38,285 nucleotides of DNA from a virus, in the IMG/VR virus record IMGVR_UViG_3300033518_000151. One strand, written 5' to 3'. The notes under the pieces are model-generated. The model did no database searches and was not told where the DNA came from. It worked only from the letters and a program-made list of their open reading frames with translations. The position numbers were made by a program, and so were the translations under genes. This document shows, one piece after another, positions 1 to 7,682 of this stretch (position 1 is its first letter; the number at the start of each line of letters is the position of its first letter).

Positions 1-141
1 AGACCTTAAAAGGTCAGTTGACTTGTTGATAAGAACAGTGTAGTCGTGGTATCATATAATATATGTCAACAAGAACTTTTTTCCTAAATTCAAACACTAC
101 TCAATATGGTGAAGAAGAATTAAACGCAGTTCAGAAATTTC
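1..141. repeat. Terminal direct repeat, left copy. It is identical to 38145-38285 and marks circular-genome closure or an assembly overlap.
   Basis: Read directly: agaccttaaaaggtcagttgacttg...cagttcagaaatttc occurs at both ends of the window. The left copy holds the 3' end of the Tal-like gene, the fibre promoter and the first 79 nt of the fibre gene. Confidence 0.95.
47..62 (+). promoter_or_regulatory. Extended -10 promoter (TGgTATCAT) 7 nt upstream of the fibre ATG; predicts a leaderless transcript.
   Basis: tg(47-48) g tatcat(50-55), then 7 nt, then ATG at 63. Same motif family as 8 other sites. Confidence 0.5.
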
Positions 142-1811
142 TGTTTGGGCAAGGTATCTTGAACACTCTCGGTTCATCTTGGGAAGATTGGATTGCTAAT
201 GGTGATCTTAAAGTTTCACAGCGTGGAGCAGGTGCTAATATGTCGGTTGATGTAAAAGCAGGATGGGGACTTCTTAACACAACTCGTAATGCAATTACAT
301 TCAAAGTATTTTGTCAGTCAACTGCATTAACAAACTTAGTAGTATCTGCAAATGCTCTCGGCACAAACCGTGTAGACGCAGTTATTATGCGTGTATCACG
401 AAGTGCAACTCCTAACCTACTCGCAAACAATATTGTTACTCTTGAAGTTATAACAGGTACAGGAGCCTCAGCACTTTCAGACGGAGCTATTACAACAGCA
501 ATTGGAAATGACGACTTTATCCGTCTTGCAAACATCACAGTATCAAACGGAGATACAGACATTACTACAGGCCAGATTGCAGACACTCGTGTACGTGCAT
601 CAACAGCAAACTCAATGTTTAAACAAGCACCTGAAATGCTAGAGTTTAAAGTACTTGGTGCTGACCCATCTACTGTTAACTTAAGCGAAGCAAACTTTTG
701 GTTCAACACAGCAACTAAAACTTTTAAATATTGGAATGGAACAGTTGTTAAGGAGGTTTCTGATACATCGGCAAATGTAGTAACTATATCTGATGGAGCT
801 GATGGAGACGTTGTTATTTCTTCAAACACAACTCTCACTCGTAATATGTATTACAATAACCTTACTATCAATAACGGTTTTACTCTCACAACAGCAGGGT
901 ATATTGTAAACGTAAAAGAAACACTAACACAGGTTGGGACTGGTAAATTTGCAAACAATGGTTCAGTTGGAAGTAACGGAGTTACAGGCAATAACGGTAT
1001 TTCTGGTGGAGGAGGGGCAGGAGGGGCAGGAGGGGCAGGAGGGGCAGGAGGATTAGGAGCAACATTACCTGCAGGACTAAATGGTGTAGCAGGGGTACAA
1101 GGTGGTACTGGTGGTGTTAATGCTGCGAATGGTGGTGTTGGTAGTAGTGGACTTACTGGAACAGTGTCTTTCGCAAGTATATTAAATGGAACACCTGCAC
1201 CAGTATCAGGTGCTATATCAGGTAAGGGTGGCGATGGGTATCTTCAGACAGGTGGAGCTTCAGGAGCTGTTGGTATAGCAGGAGCTGTTGGTGTTGGTGA
1301 AAAAATATTAAATATATTCCCTCTAATAAACAAGTTCTTGTTTTTCAAGAACGGAACTGTTGGACAGCTAGATTATAATCCTGTTTCAGGTGGTGCTCCT
1401 GCGGGTGGTGGTGGTTCGGGTAATAACTCTAGTGGTGGCTATTCTGGTGGTGGTGGAGGAGGGTCAGGAGGTAACGGAGGTAACGGTGGAATGGTTGTTG
1501 TATTTGCAAAAAATATAGTTACAGCTAATAATCCACTAGCTTCAGTTATAGGAGGTAACGGTGGTAACGGTGGTAACGGTGGTAATCATTATATTTCTGC
1601 AGGAGGAGGTGGTGGAGCTTCAGGTGGGACAGGAGGTAATGGTGGAGTTGTTTGCTTCTTCTATAAGTCTTTAACAGGCTCTCTTACTGCAACCTTAACT
1701 GGAGGAACTGGAGGGGTAGGAGGAACTGCAGGAACTGGAGGAACTGGAGCAGGTAATGGAAACACTGGAACAACAGGAGGTAGCGGTATTCTTGTTTCTT
1801 TAGTAGTCTAA
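63..1811 (+). CDS. Tail fibre / receptor-binding protein with a glycine-rich C-terminal half.
   Basis: 582-aa ORF. On the circular map it follows the Dit and Tal-like genes. The C-terminal 270 aa consist of GGAGG / GGNGG / GGTGG runs alternating with short hydrophobic strand-like segments (MVVVFAKNIV, VVCFFYKSL, ILVSLVV). Confidence 0.6.
   Translation: MSTRTFFLNSNTTQYGEEELNAVQKFLFGQGILNTLGSSWEDWIANGDLKVSQRGAGANMSVDVKAGWGLLNTTRNAITFKVFCQSTALTNLVVSANALGTNRVDAVIMRVSRSATPNLLANNIVTLEVITGTGASALSDGAITTAIGNDDFIRLANITVSNGDTDITTGQIADTRVRASTANSMFKQAPEMLEFKVLGADPSTVNLSEANFWFNTATKTFKYWNGTVVKEVSDTSANVVTISDGADGDVVISSNTTLTRNMYYNNLTINNGFTLTTAGYIVNVKETLTQVGTGKFANNGSVGSNGVTGNNGISGGGGAGGAGGAGGAGGLGATLPAGLNGVAGVQGGTGGVNAANGGVGSSGLTGTVSFASILNGTPAPVSGAISGKGGDGYLQTGGASGAVGIAGAVGVGEKILNIFPLINKFLFFKNGTVGQLDYNPVSGGAPAGGGGSGNNSSGGYSGGGGGGSGGNGGNGGMVVVFAKNIVTANNPLASVIGGNGGNGGNGGNHYISAGGGGGASGGTGGNGGVVCFFYKSLTGSLTATLTGGTGGVGGTAGTGGTGAGNGNTGTTGGSGILVSLVV
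1011..1046 (+). repeat. Perfect 9-bp tandem repeat (ggaggggca x4) inside the fibre gene, encoding (GGA)n.
   Basis: Four exact head-to-tail copies read in the sequence; the unit is in-frame (3 codons). Confidence 0.9.
1554..1580 (+). repeat. Perfect 9-bp tandem repeat (ggtaacggt x3) inside the fibre gene, encoding GNG repeats.
   Basis: Three exact copies followed by ggtaat. Confidence 0.85.
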
Positions 1812-1815
1812 TTAT

Positions 1816-2181
1816 ATGAACGACCTAGAAAAACTATTTGCAGAAATAAGAGAAATCGCAAAATCTCAAGCTGTTATGGAGAGTGAAGTTAAGCGAATGA
1901 ATACAGACGTTCAAAGTCTATTTAAACTCATTGATAATCGGTTTCCTACTAAAGACGAATTCAAGAAGCTCGAAGAGAATGTGCAATCATTAGCAGATGA
2001 GAATAGAACTTTTGTAACTAAAGAAGAGCTAGATAAACACAAAGACGATCAGGAAAAGGAGGTTGAAAAACTCGTAACTAAAGAAGAGTTCGAGCCTATC
2101 AAAAGACTTGCTTATGGTGCTGTGTCGTTTATATTACTAGCAGTTCTTGGAGTTGTTATAACGGGGACATTACAAAAATAA
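1816..2181 (+). CDS. Coiled-coil protein with a single C-terminal transmembrane helix; possibly holin-like or lysis-associated.
   Basis: 121 aa. Charged, heptad-like N-terminal 95 aa, then LAYGAVSFILLAVLGVVITGTL at the C-terminus. Lies immediately upstream of the peptidoglycan hydrolase gene. Confidence 0.4.
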   Translation: MNDLEKLFAEIREIAKSQAVMESEVKRMNTDVQSLFKLIDNRFPTKDEFKKLEENVQSLADENRTFVTKEELDKHKDDQEKEVEKLVTKEEFEPIKRLAYGAVSFILLAVLGVVITGTLQK

Positions 2182-2191
2182 ACTTATATTT

Positions 2192-2920
2192 ATGACTAAT
2201 GAAATAATTTTAAACTATATTAAAGCAAATCTTGGTAAAGATTTAAACAACGACTATAACGAATTAGGTTGTGCTCAGACAGTAAATAATATTTTGCAGA
2301 ACTGTCTCGGTTATCAGGCAGGAGGTGGACCATCTACAAAACTAATGCTAGATGCTGTTATTAAGAATCCAAACTTTCTTGAAGTAACTTCATCACAAGC
2401 AAGGTCAGGTGATATTATTCTTTGCGCTACTGGTACAGGTAACGGAGTTATAGATCATGGCCATGTAGGTTTTCTTGGTGAGAATGGTGTGATCTATTCT
2501 AACAATTCAATCACTGGTGTTTTAGATGGACACTTAACAGCAACACAATGGAAGAATTATTTTCACTTAAAAGGTGGATTCCCTGTTAGATACTTTAGAG
2601 CAATCAATAATAATATTCCTGAAGTTTTAAAACCTCAAGTTGTTATTGAAAAGAAAGTTGAAACACCTGTAATTGAGAAGCCAAAAACTGATGCTTGGTA
2701 TCAATCATCTACTGGAAACGGAAGCTTGTCATTAACTGTTAAAGGAGCAATGCTAAGTTCTATTCCTAACATTATTTTACTAGCTCAGAATTATGGTTTT
2801 GTACTATCTACAGCAGATGCTACAACTTTAATCACTAGTACATTTTCTATAGGTTCAGTTGCTATCATGAGCTTCGGTATTGTTAGGAAGATATACAATT
2901 CAAGAACTGTCTCTAAGTAG
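2192..2920 (+). CDS. CHAP / NlpC-P60-like cysteine peptidoglycan hydrolase (endolysin) with a C-terminal double transmembrane anchor.
   Basis: Motifs ELGCAQTVNNIL (Cys) and DHGHVGFLGENG (His) fit a CHAP-type Cys-His pair. A Pro/Lys-rich linker follows, then two hydrophobic segments (MLSSIPNIILLAQNYGFVL; FSIGSVAIMSFGIV). Confidence 0.6.
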   Translation: MTNEIILNYIKANLGKDLNNDYNELGCAQTVNNILQNCLGYQAGGGPSTKLMLDAVIKNPNFLEVTSSQARSGDIILCATGTGNGVIDHGHVGFLGENGVIYSNNSITGVLDGHLTATQWKNYFHLKGGFPVRYFRAINNNIPEVLKPQVVIEKKVETPVIEKPKTDAWYQSSTGNGSLSLTVKGAMLSSIPNIILLAQNYGFVLSTADATTLITSTFSIGSVAIMSFGIVRKIYNSRTVSK

Positions 2921-2947
2921 TAGTTATATAGGTCAGGTTAAAGAAAT

Positions 2948-2978
2948 TCAGCACCGTCATTGGTGCTGATTTCATTTT
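2948..2978 (+). terminator. Rho-independent terminator ending the fibre-lysis transcription unit.
   Basis: 8-bp stem tcagcacc/ggtgctga, 6-nt loop, then tttcatttt. Confidence 0.7.
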
Positions 2979-3215
2979 GTGATACTTTCCTTGTCCTATA
3001 AAAAAAGACATCTTAAAACTCAATTTTGGGCTTCGAGCTTTACTTTTTCTTTACAAATTTAAGAAAGTATTTTATTCCAACGTAAGCAAATTTGCTAACG
3101 TAACGTGGTCGTTTTTGCCCATGTTGAAGCTTTGTACTATATATATAATAATATAAGTTAATAGGATAACGTCTGAAGTCAGTTTTTTAACTTTACTTTT
3201 TCAAAGAAAATTAGA

Positions 3216-3292
3216 GTTACGCACAGGGGTCTTGCTTTTTTCATTCTTGGATAGGTTATAATAATTAAATACAAAAAGTATAAGCAATCAAT
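3216..3292 (+). promoter_or_regulatory. Early promoter/leader cassette, copy 1.
   Basis: gttacgcacag(3216-3226) ... ttataat ... taagcaat, then 4 nt, then ATGACAAC. ACTTTACTTTTT boxes also occur at about 3037 and 3190. Confidence 0.5.
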
Positions 3293-3625
3293 ATGACAAC
3301 TAAAGGACAAAAACGCTCATCAATCATCACTACCTTTGGTGGCGATATTTATATAATAAATAAAACACCGGATGAAATAGATCACATGATCTCAGGAGTT
3401 GAAATGATAACAATGCCTAATGGCTCACGAGTTAATAAAAAAGCGATTGCAACAATTCAGGGCTATGATGATTACTCTTTCCAAGTTGAACAAAAACACC
3501 GACATAAAAAAGGACAGTATCTTCAGGGGGGTAAGTGGAATGATACAAATGGTTCACTAGGAATAAGTGCAGAGCTTGAGAGAATAACAGGAGAGATAAA
3601 AGTTAAACAATTAAAAGCAGCTTAA
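3293..3625 (+). CDS. Hypothetical protein (first early gene).
   Basis: 110-aa ORF starting ATGACAAC just after early cassette 1. No recognisable motif. Confidence 0.6.
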   Translation: MTTKGQKRSSIITTFGGDIYIINKTPDEIDHMISGVEMITMPNGSRVNKKAIATIQGYDDYSFQVEQKHRHKKGQYLQGGKWNDTNGSLGISAELERITGEIKVKQLKAA

Positions 3626-3626
3626 T

Positions 3627-4340
3627 ATGGACAATCAAAATATATTTTCAGATGGATGGGGACTTCTACCAAGAAGAATTGCTAAGGATGATACAATCAC
3701 AGATTTCTCAAAAGTTTTGTATTCTGAGATTGCTGCTCTCTGTGCTGAGAAAGGTTATTGCTGGGCCAAGAATGAATATTTTGAAGCTGAGTTTAAGGCA
3801 AGCAAAACAAAAATCTCAAGAGCTATAGCAGAGATTAAAAAATATTTATACATCACTGATGGAGAAAGTGGACAGAGAAAAATTCAGGTTCATCAACTTG
3901 GAAATTTAGGAGACTATAAAAAAGAAGAAGTTAAAAAAACTGGTAAGGGCAAGGATGTCCCTACCAAGAAAAAAGTTGAGAAGAAAATTATTGTTAAGTT
4001 TACAACTGATGATCTCTTCTTAGCTGAGCTTCTACTTAGTAAAGTGATCTACAACTTTCCTCTGTTCCAAAATAAAAAAGTTCAGATTAAAGATTGGGCA
4101 GAGGATATTAGAAAGCTTCGTGAAATTGATAAGGCAACATTTGAACAAATAAAGTTCATGATTATGTGGGTACATGGTGGAGACATCGAGACTGAAGGAA
4201 AGCCACCACGACATTTTGAGCCTAACGATTTTTGGAGTAAGAACATTCTTAGCGCTTCAAAGTTAAGAAAGCAATGGTTCGAGCATCTCATCCCACAGCT
4301 TCAAGAAAAGTTGAAAAAGAGTAGGACTGTACAACTCTAG
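3627..4340 (+). CDS. Winged-helix/HTH DNA-binding protein; possible replication initiator or replisome organiser.
   Basis: 237 aa. The N-terminus (LLPRRIAKDDTITDFSKVLYSEIAALC...SKTKISRAIAEIKK) resembles an HTH. Basic linker. The C-terminal region is DnaD/replisome-organiser-like. Position is at the head of the replication module. Confidence 0.4.
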   Translation: MDNQNIFSDGWGLLPRRIAKDDTITDFSKVLYSEIAALCAEKGYCWAKNEYFEAEFKASKTKISRAIAEIKKYLYITDGESGQRKIQVHQLGNLGDYKKEEVKKTGKGKDVPTKKKVEKKIIVKFTTDDLFLAELLLSKVIYNFPLFQNKKVQIKDWAEDIRKLREIDKATFEQIKFMIMWVHGGDIETEGKPPRHFEPNDFWSKNILSASKLRKQWFEHLIPQLQEKLKKSRTVQL

Positions 4341-4460
4341 TCCACAGGTGTATGATTGAAGAAGCAATACTTTTAATATATAATAAAACACGTGGAAGAG
4401 TTTTGTCCCTCATCCATATTGCTTATACTTAAAATCTCACAGTTTTAACTATAGAGAACG

Positions 4461-4488
4461 AGCACCCTTAAAAGGTGCTTTTTCTTTT
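4461..4488 (+). terminator. Rho-independent terminator.
   Basis: agcacc / ggtgct stem with a 7-nt loop, followed by tttttctttt. Confidence 0.6.
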
Positions 4489-4493
4489 GCTAA

Positions 4494-4571
4494 GTTACGC
4501 ACAGTTATGCACTTTACTTTTTGGATAGTAAAATGTATAATATCTATATTACTAAGTTAAGCAATTGATAA
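4494..4571 (+). promoter_or_regulatory. Early promoter/leader cassette, copy 2 (archetype).
   Basis: gttacgcacag(4494-4504); -35-like tttact(4513-4518); 17-nt spacer ending in tg; tataat(4536-4541); leader actaagttaagcaat; ATGACAACA at 4572. Confidence 0.6.
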
Positions 4572-4739
4572 ATGACAACAAACAAAGAAACAACAGTTTG
4601 TGAAATGTGCGAGGGAACAGGTGAAGTTTCTCAGTCAGCTCAAGTATATCCGGGAGAGCCGCATACTGCTGATATTGAAACAGCTCCTTGTCCTGAGTGT
4701 CAGCTTGGAGATCAAGACGATTACCAAGAAGAAGAATAA
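4572..4739 (+). CDS. Small zinc-finger protein (CxxCxGxG ... CxxC, DnaJ-type finger).
   Basis: 55-aa ORF hand-translated as MTTNKETTVCEMCEGTGEVSQ...APCPECQLGDQDDYQEEE, with TAA at 4737-4739. Absent from the ORF track (under 60 aa). It starts at the ATGACAACA that follows early cassette 2. Confidence 0.55.
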   Translation: MTTNKETTVCEMCEGTGEVSQSAQVYPGEPHTADIETAPCPECQLGDQDDYQEEE

Positions 4740-4749
4740 AAAACAGTTT

Positions 4750-4983
4750 ATGAAAATCAACCCAGAAAAGTTTTATACACCGAAAGAAATAGTGTCGCTA
4801 GGTATCATGAAAGCTTCAACCCCTGATACTAAACGACAGATGCTATTGAGATTCATTCGTGAGAAAAGAATTGAAGCACTCAATCTAGGTGGAGACAAAA
4901 AGCCTAGATATGTTGTTCAAGGTAAAAATCTTCTTGAGTACATGAATACTCAGATGAAGCCTAAGCAATATATTAAAAAATAA
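4750..4983 (+). CDS. Excisionase/MerR-like HTH DNA-binding protein.
   Basis: The ATG at 4750 gives a 77-aa product MKINPEKFYTPKEIVSLG...RFIREKRIEALNLGG..RYVVQGKNLLEYM, which fits the HTH_17 pattern. The track's 4600 GTG start would overlap the zinc-finger ORF and is rejected. Confidence 0.5.
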   Translation: MKINPEKFYTPKEIVSLGIMKASTPDTKRQMLLRFIREKRIEALNLGGDKKPRYVVQGKNLLEYMNTQMKPKQYIKK

Positions 4984-5018
4984 TTATTTAAAATTAAGTA
5001 CAAAAGCAATTAAAATTT

Positions 5019-5654
5019 ATGGACACATTTGAAAAAGAATTACAACCACTAGCAACAGAAGTTCAGACATACAAGGAACAAGCTGAAGCAATTGTTATCA
5101 AGACTGATGAAGATTACACAATGGTAGGTGATCTAGCAGGAGTTGTTAAGGGTAAAGGTGAAGCAGTTGAGAAGATGAGAAAGTTCTTTACAGTTCCACT
5201 CAATGAACAGCTTGATAGAATCAATGGACTCTTTATGCCTAAGAAGAAAGAAGCTGATGAAGTTGTAAAAATTCTTAAAGGAAAGATGGCTGATTATCAT
5301 CAGAAGAAAGAAGATGAGCGAATTAAAGAAGAAGCTCGTTTACAAGCTATCAGAGACAAGGCAAATGCTAAGCGTGAAGAGAAAGGACAAGAAGCAATTG
5401 CTGAGCCTATCAAAACTGTTGCTGAAGTTCCTAAGACAGTCTCAACAGGAACAACTCAGTCAACTGTTAAGAAGGTATGGACTCATGAAATTATTTCTAT
5501 AGATGCACTTCCTGAAGATGTTAAGAAGGCAATTTTTGCTGAAGCTTACAACAAAGGAATCATTAAAACAGTTGTTCAGAAGTTTGTTAATGCCGGTATT
5601 CGTGAGATGTCTGGTGTTAAGATTTATCAAGATTCTCAAGTTTCTCTTAGATAG
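5019..5654 (+). CDS. Coiled-coil protein associated with the recombination module (Gp157/DUF1351-like?).
   Basis: 211 aa, Lys/Glu-rich central coil. Positioned directly upstream of recT, as in many sipho-phage recombination cassettes. Similarity not verified. Confidence 0.3.
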   Translation: MDTFEKELQPLATEVQTYKEQAEAIVIKTDEDYTMVGDLAGVVKGKGEAVEKMRKFFTVPLNEQLDRINGLFMPKKKEADEVVKILKGKMADYHQKKEDERIKEEARLQAIRDKANAKREEKGQEAIAEPIKTVAEVPKTVSTGTTQSTVKKVWTHEIISIDALPEDVKKAIFAEAYNKGIIKTVVQKFVNAGIREMSGVKIYQDSQVSLR

Positions 5655-5655
5655 A

Positions 5656-5739
5656 GTTACGCACAGTTTTACATTTTACTTATAGCAAGAAAAAGAGTAA
5701 ACTGTATTCATTACAAAGTTAAGTAATAAGCAATAATAT
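5656..5739 (+). promoter_or_regulatory. Early promoter/leader cassette, copy 3.
   Basis: gttacgcacag(5656-5666), tttact-N17-taaact, leader aagttaagtaataagcaat, ATGACAACA at 5740. Confidence 0.55.
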
Positions 5740-6588
5740 ATGACAACAGCTGGTAAAAATTTAAAGGAGCAGATTCTTGTTCTGTTGGCAGACGAAAAAA
5801 AAGAGGATGCTGAAAAGTTTGCTTCTTACTGTTTGAATCTTTTAACAGATGTAAAGACAGATAAGACATTAAGAAATCCTTGGATGCAGTTCAGAACTGC
5901 TCAAGACTTAGCAACACTCTTCAAGCGAGTAAAAGCAGAGGGACTTACTTTTGATGGTAAGCACATCTCACTTCAATCAACAGGAGTAAGTTATGACTAT
6001 ATAGCATACAAAAATAAAATGCTTCTAGTCTATCCTGAAACAAAGTTTGATATGGATGTTGTAAAGACAGGGGACACTTTCAATGTTGATAAGGTTGATG
6101 GTGATATTGTTTACAGACATGTCATTACAAAGCCACTTGAGACAGCAGAGTTCAAGAACATTGAAGGAGCTTACTGCATCATTAAGAATTCAAGAGGTGT
6201 GTTCCTTACAACTCTTTCAAAGGAAGATATTGCAAAGCATAGAAAAGTTGCTAAGGGTGATTTTATCTGGTCAGCTTGGTTCAAAGAGATGGTGCTTAAG
6301 ACAGTTCTCAAGAAAGGTTTTAAATATCACTTTGATGATATTGTAAAAAATATTGATGAGATGGATAACGAAAATATCGACCTTGAAAAGCTAGAGCTAC
6401 CTGATGAAGAAGATGATACAAAATATAATAATGAGAAAGCAAGATTGCTTGAGCTTATCAAAGGCTATGATGATCTTGCTAAGCTCCGTCATTTCTTCGA
6501 GTCAGTGCCTAAAGAATTTCAGAAGGATGAAGATATTATTGAAGCTTGTAAGTCTCAAAAACTTTTATGCAAGAAGCCTACGAAATAA
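5740..6588 (+). CDS. recT: RecT-family single-strand annealing protein.
   Basis: 282 aa. The core pattern (GAYCIIKN.RG...LSKEDI..HRK.....WSAWFKEMVLKTVLKKG) fits RecT. It is followed by a YqaJ exonuclease and SSB. Confidence 0.65.
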   Translation: MTTAGKNLKEQILVLLADEKKEDAEKFASYCLNLLTDVKTDKTLRNPWMQFRTAQDLATLFKRVKAEGLTFDGKHISLQSTGVSYDYIAYKNKMLLVYPETKFDMDVVKTGDTFNVDKVDGDIVYRHVITKPLETAEFKNIEGAYCIIKNSRGVFLTTLSKEDIAKHRKVAKGDFIWSAWFKEMVLKTVLKKGFKYHFDDIVKNIDEMDNENIDLEKLELPDEEDDTKYNNEKARLLELIKGYDDLAKLRHFFESVPKEFQKDEDIIEACKSQKLLCKKPTK

Positions 6589-7193
6589 TTGAAGGAGAGC
6601 AAAAAACTGATGAATGGTTCAAGCTCAGAGAAGGCTGCATCATTACAGGCTCGAATGCAAAAAAGGTTAAGGGGACAGGTGATGCTTACTTGTATGAGTT
6701 ACTAGCAATGGCGACAACAGAACGAGAAACAAAAGAAGCTCATAGTATACACATTGATAGAGGGGTAACACTTGAGCCAGTAGCTAGAGAAGTTTACTCT
6801 AAAGCTAACAAGGTAAAAGTTAAAGAAGTAGCGTTTATAAGAAATGGAAGAATAGGAATATCACCAGACGGACTTTTAATGAAAGGAGGAAAGATAATAA
6901 AGCTCTTAGAAATTAAATGTCCTGATACTCCTAATCACATCCGTTACATTCTTGAAAACAAAATACCGACAGAACACAAAGATCAGATTATTCATGGCTT
7001 CATTACTTGCCCTGATATAGATGAGATTGATTTTATCTCGTATGATGCAAAGTTCAAGTTTAAACCGCTTCATGTAATAACAGCCAAGAGATCAACTTAC
7101 ACAGTTGACATCATGACTTCTAAAGTTCATTACAATAAATTTATTAGTAAGTATGACGAAGGTCATTCAAAAATTGTTTCTCTAATTCTATAA
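6567..7193 (+). CDS. YqaJ-type (lambda Exo-like, PD-(D/E)xK) recombination exonuclease.
   Basis: Motifs QKTDEWFKLREGCIITGSNA, GISPDGL and LLEIKCP. Confidence 0.75.
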   Translation: MQEAYEIIEGEQKTDEWFKLREGCIITGSNAKKVKGTGDAYLYELLAMATTERETKEAHSIHIDRGVTLEPVAREVYSKANKVKVKEVAFIRNGRIGISPDGLLMKGGKIIKLLEIKCPDTPNHIRYILENKIPTEHKDQIIHGFITCPDIDEIDFISYDAKFKFKPLHVITAKRSTYTVDIMTSKVHYNKFISKYDEGHSKIVSLIL

Positions 7194-7197
7194 CACT

Positions 7198-7653
7198 ATG
7201 TACATCAATAAAATTCAAATTCTAGGTAACATTACAAGATCACCAGAAGTAAAATCACTTCCTAATGGAACAAAAGTTGTTGCGTTCTCAGTAGCAACTA
7301 ATGAAGTCTATAAGGATAAAAACACAGGGCAGAAAACAGAAAAAGTTGAGTATCACAACATTGTCTGTTTTGGAAACACTGCTGATAATATCGGCAAGTA
7401 TATGGACAAAGGAAGTCAGATATACATTGAAGGTAAGATGCAAACTCGCTCTTGGGATGATAAGACAACAGGAGAGAAGAAGTATCGTGTAGAGATTCTT
7501 GCAAATCATGTTCAGTTTGGAAACAAGCCACAAGGTCAAGGAGGTAAGACTCAAGGAGATCAGAAGCCTGAAGTTCAAGGACAAGGAATGCCTGACTTAG
7601 ATACAATCGATTACGGAGACGTAAATGCCGATATCTCAGATATACCCTTCTAA
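7198..7653 (+). CDS. ssb: Single-stranded DNA-binding protein.
   Basis: OB-fold N-terminus (NKIQILGNITRSPEVKSLPNGTKVVAFSVATNE...YHNIVCFG...QTRSWDD), a Gly/Gln-rich linker and an acidic C-terminal tip DISDIPF. Confidence 0.9.
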   Translation: MYINKIQILGNITRSPEVKSLPNGTKVVAFSVATNEVYKDKNTGQKTEKVEYHNIVCFGNTADNIGKYMDKGSQIYIEGKMQTRSWDDKTTGEKKYRVEILANHVQFGNKPQGQGGKTQGDQKPEVQGQGMPDLDTIDYGDVNADISDIPF

Positions 7654-7667
7654 AATGGTATCTACTA

Positions 7668-7682
7668 TGTTACAATAATATC
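7668..7682 (+). promoter_or_regulatory. Extended -10 promoter (TGtTACAAT) 6 nt upstream of the ATG; predicts a leaderless transcript.
   Basis: tg(7668-7669) t tacaat(7671-7676), N6, ATG at 7683. Confidence 0.5.

Noticed and set aside
3085-3096. The 12-bp perfect palindrome agcaaatttgct, flanked by aacgta direct repeats in the 370-nt intergenic region, as a replication origin or operator.
   Set aside because: It is short, and such palindromes are expected by chance in AT-rich non-coding DNA. There are no iterons or DnaA-box-like arrays that I could support. It is mentioned only as a TAAGCAAT-related site in the early-cassette finding.
4600-4983. The 127-aa ORF as given in the track (GTG start at 4600).
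   Set aside because: Its N-terminal 50 aa come from a frame overlapping the better-supported zinc-finger ORF (4572-4739), which begins at the conserved ATGACAACA after early cassette 2. The real gene most likely starts at the ATG at 4750.
5314-6592. Nested same-strand ORFs: 5314-5502, 5503-5685, 6083-6346, 6404-6592. Similar ones elsewhere: 7301-7492, 20658-20846, 21964-22200, 24329-24547, 24968-25165, 25912-26166, 27489-27770, 34746-34928, 35982-36170.
   Set aside because: They are alternative frames inside well-supported genes (RecT, TerL, portal, capsid, tape measure and others). Their translations are Leu/Lys/Gln-rich low-complexity, characteristic of off-frame reading.
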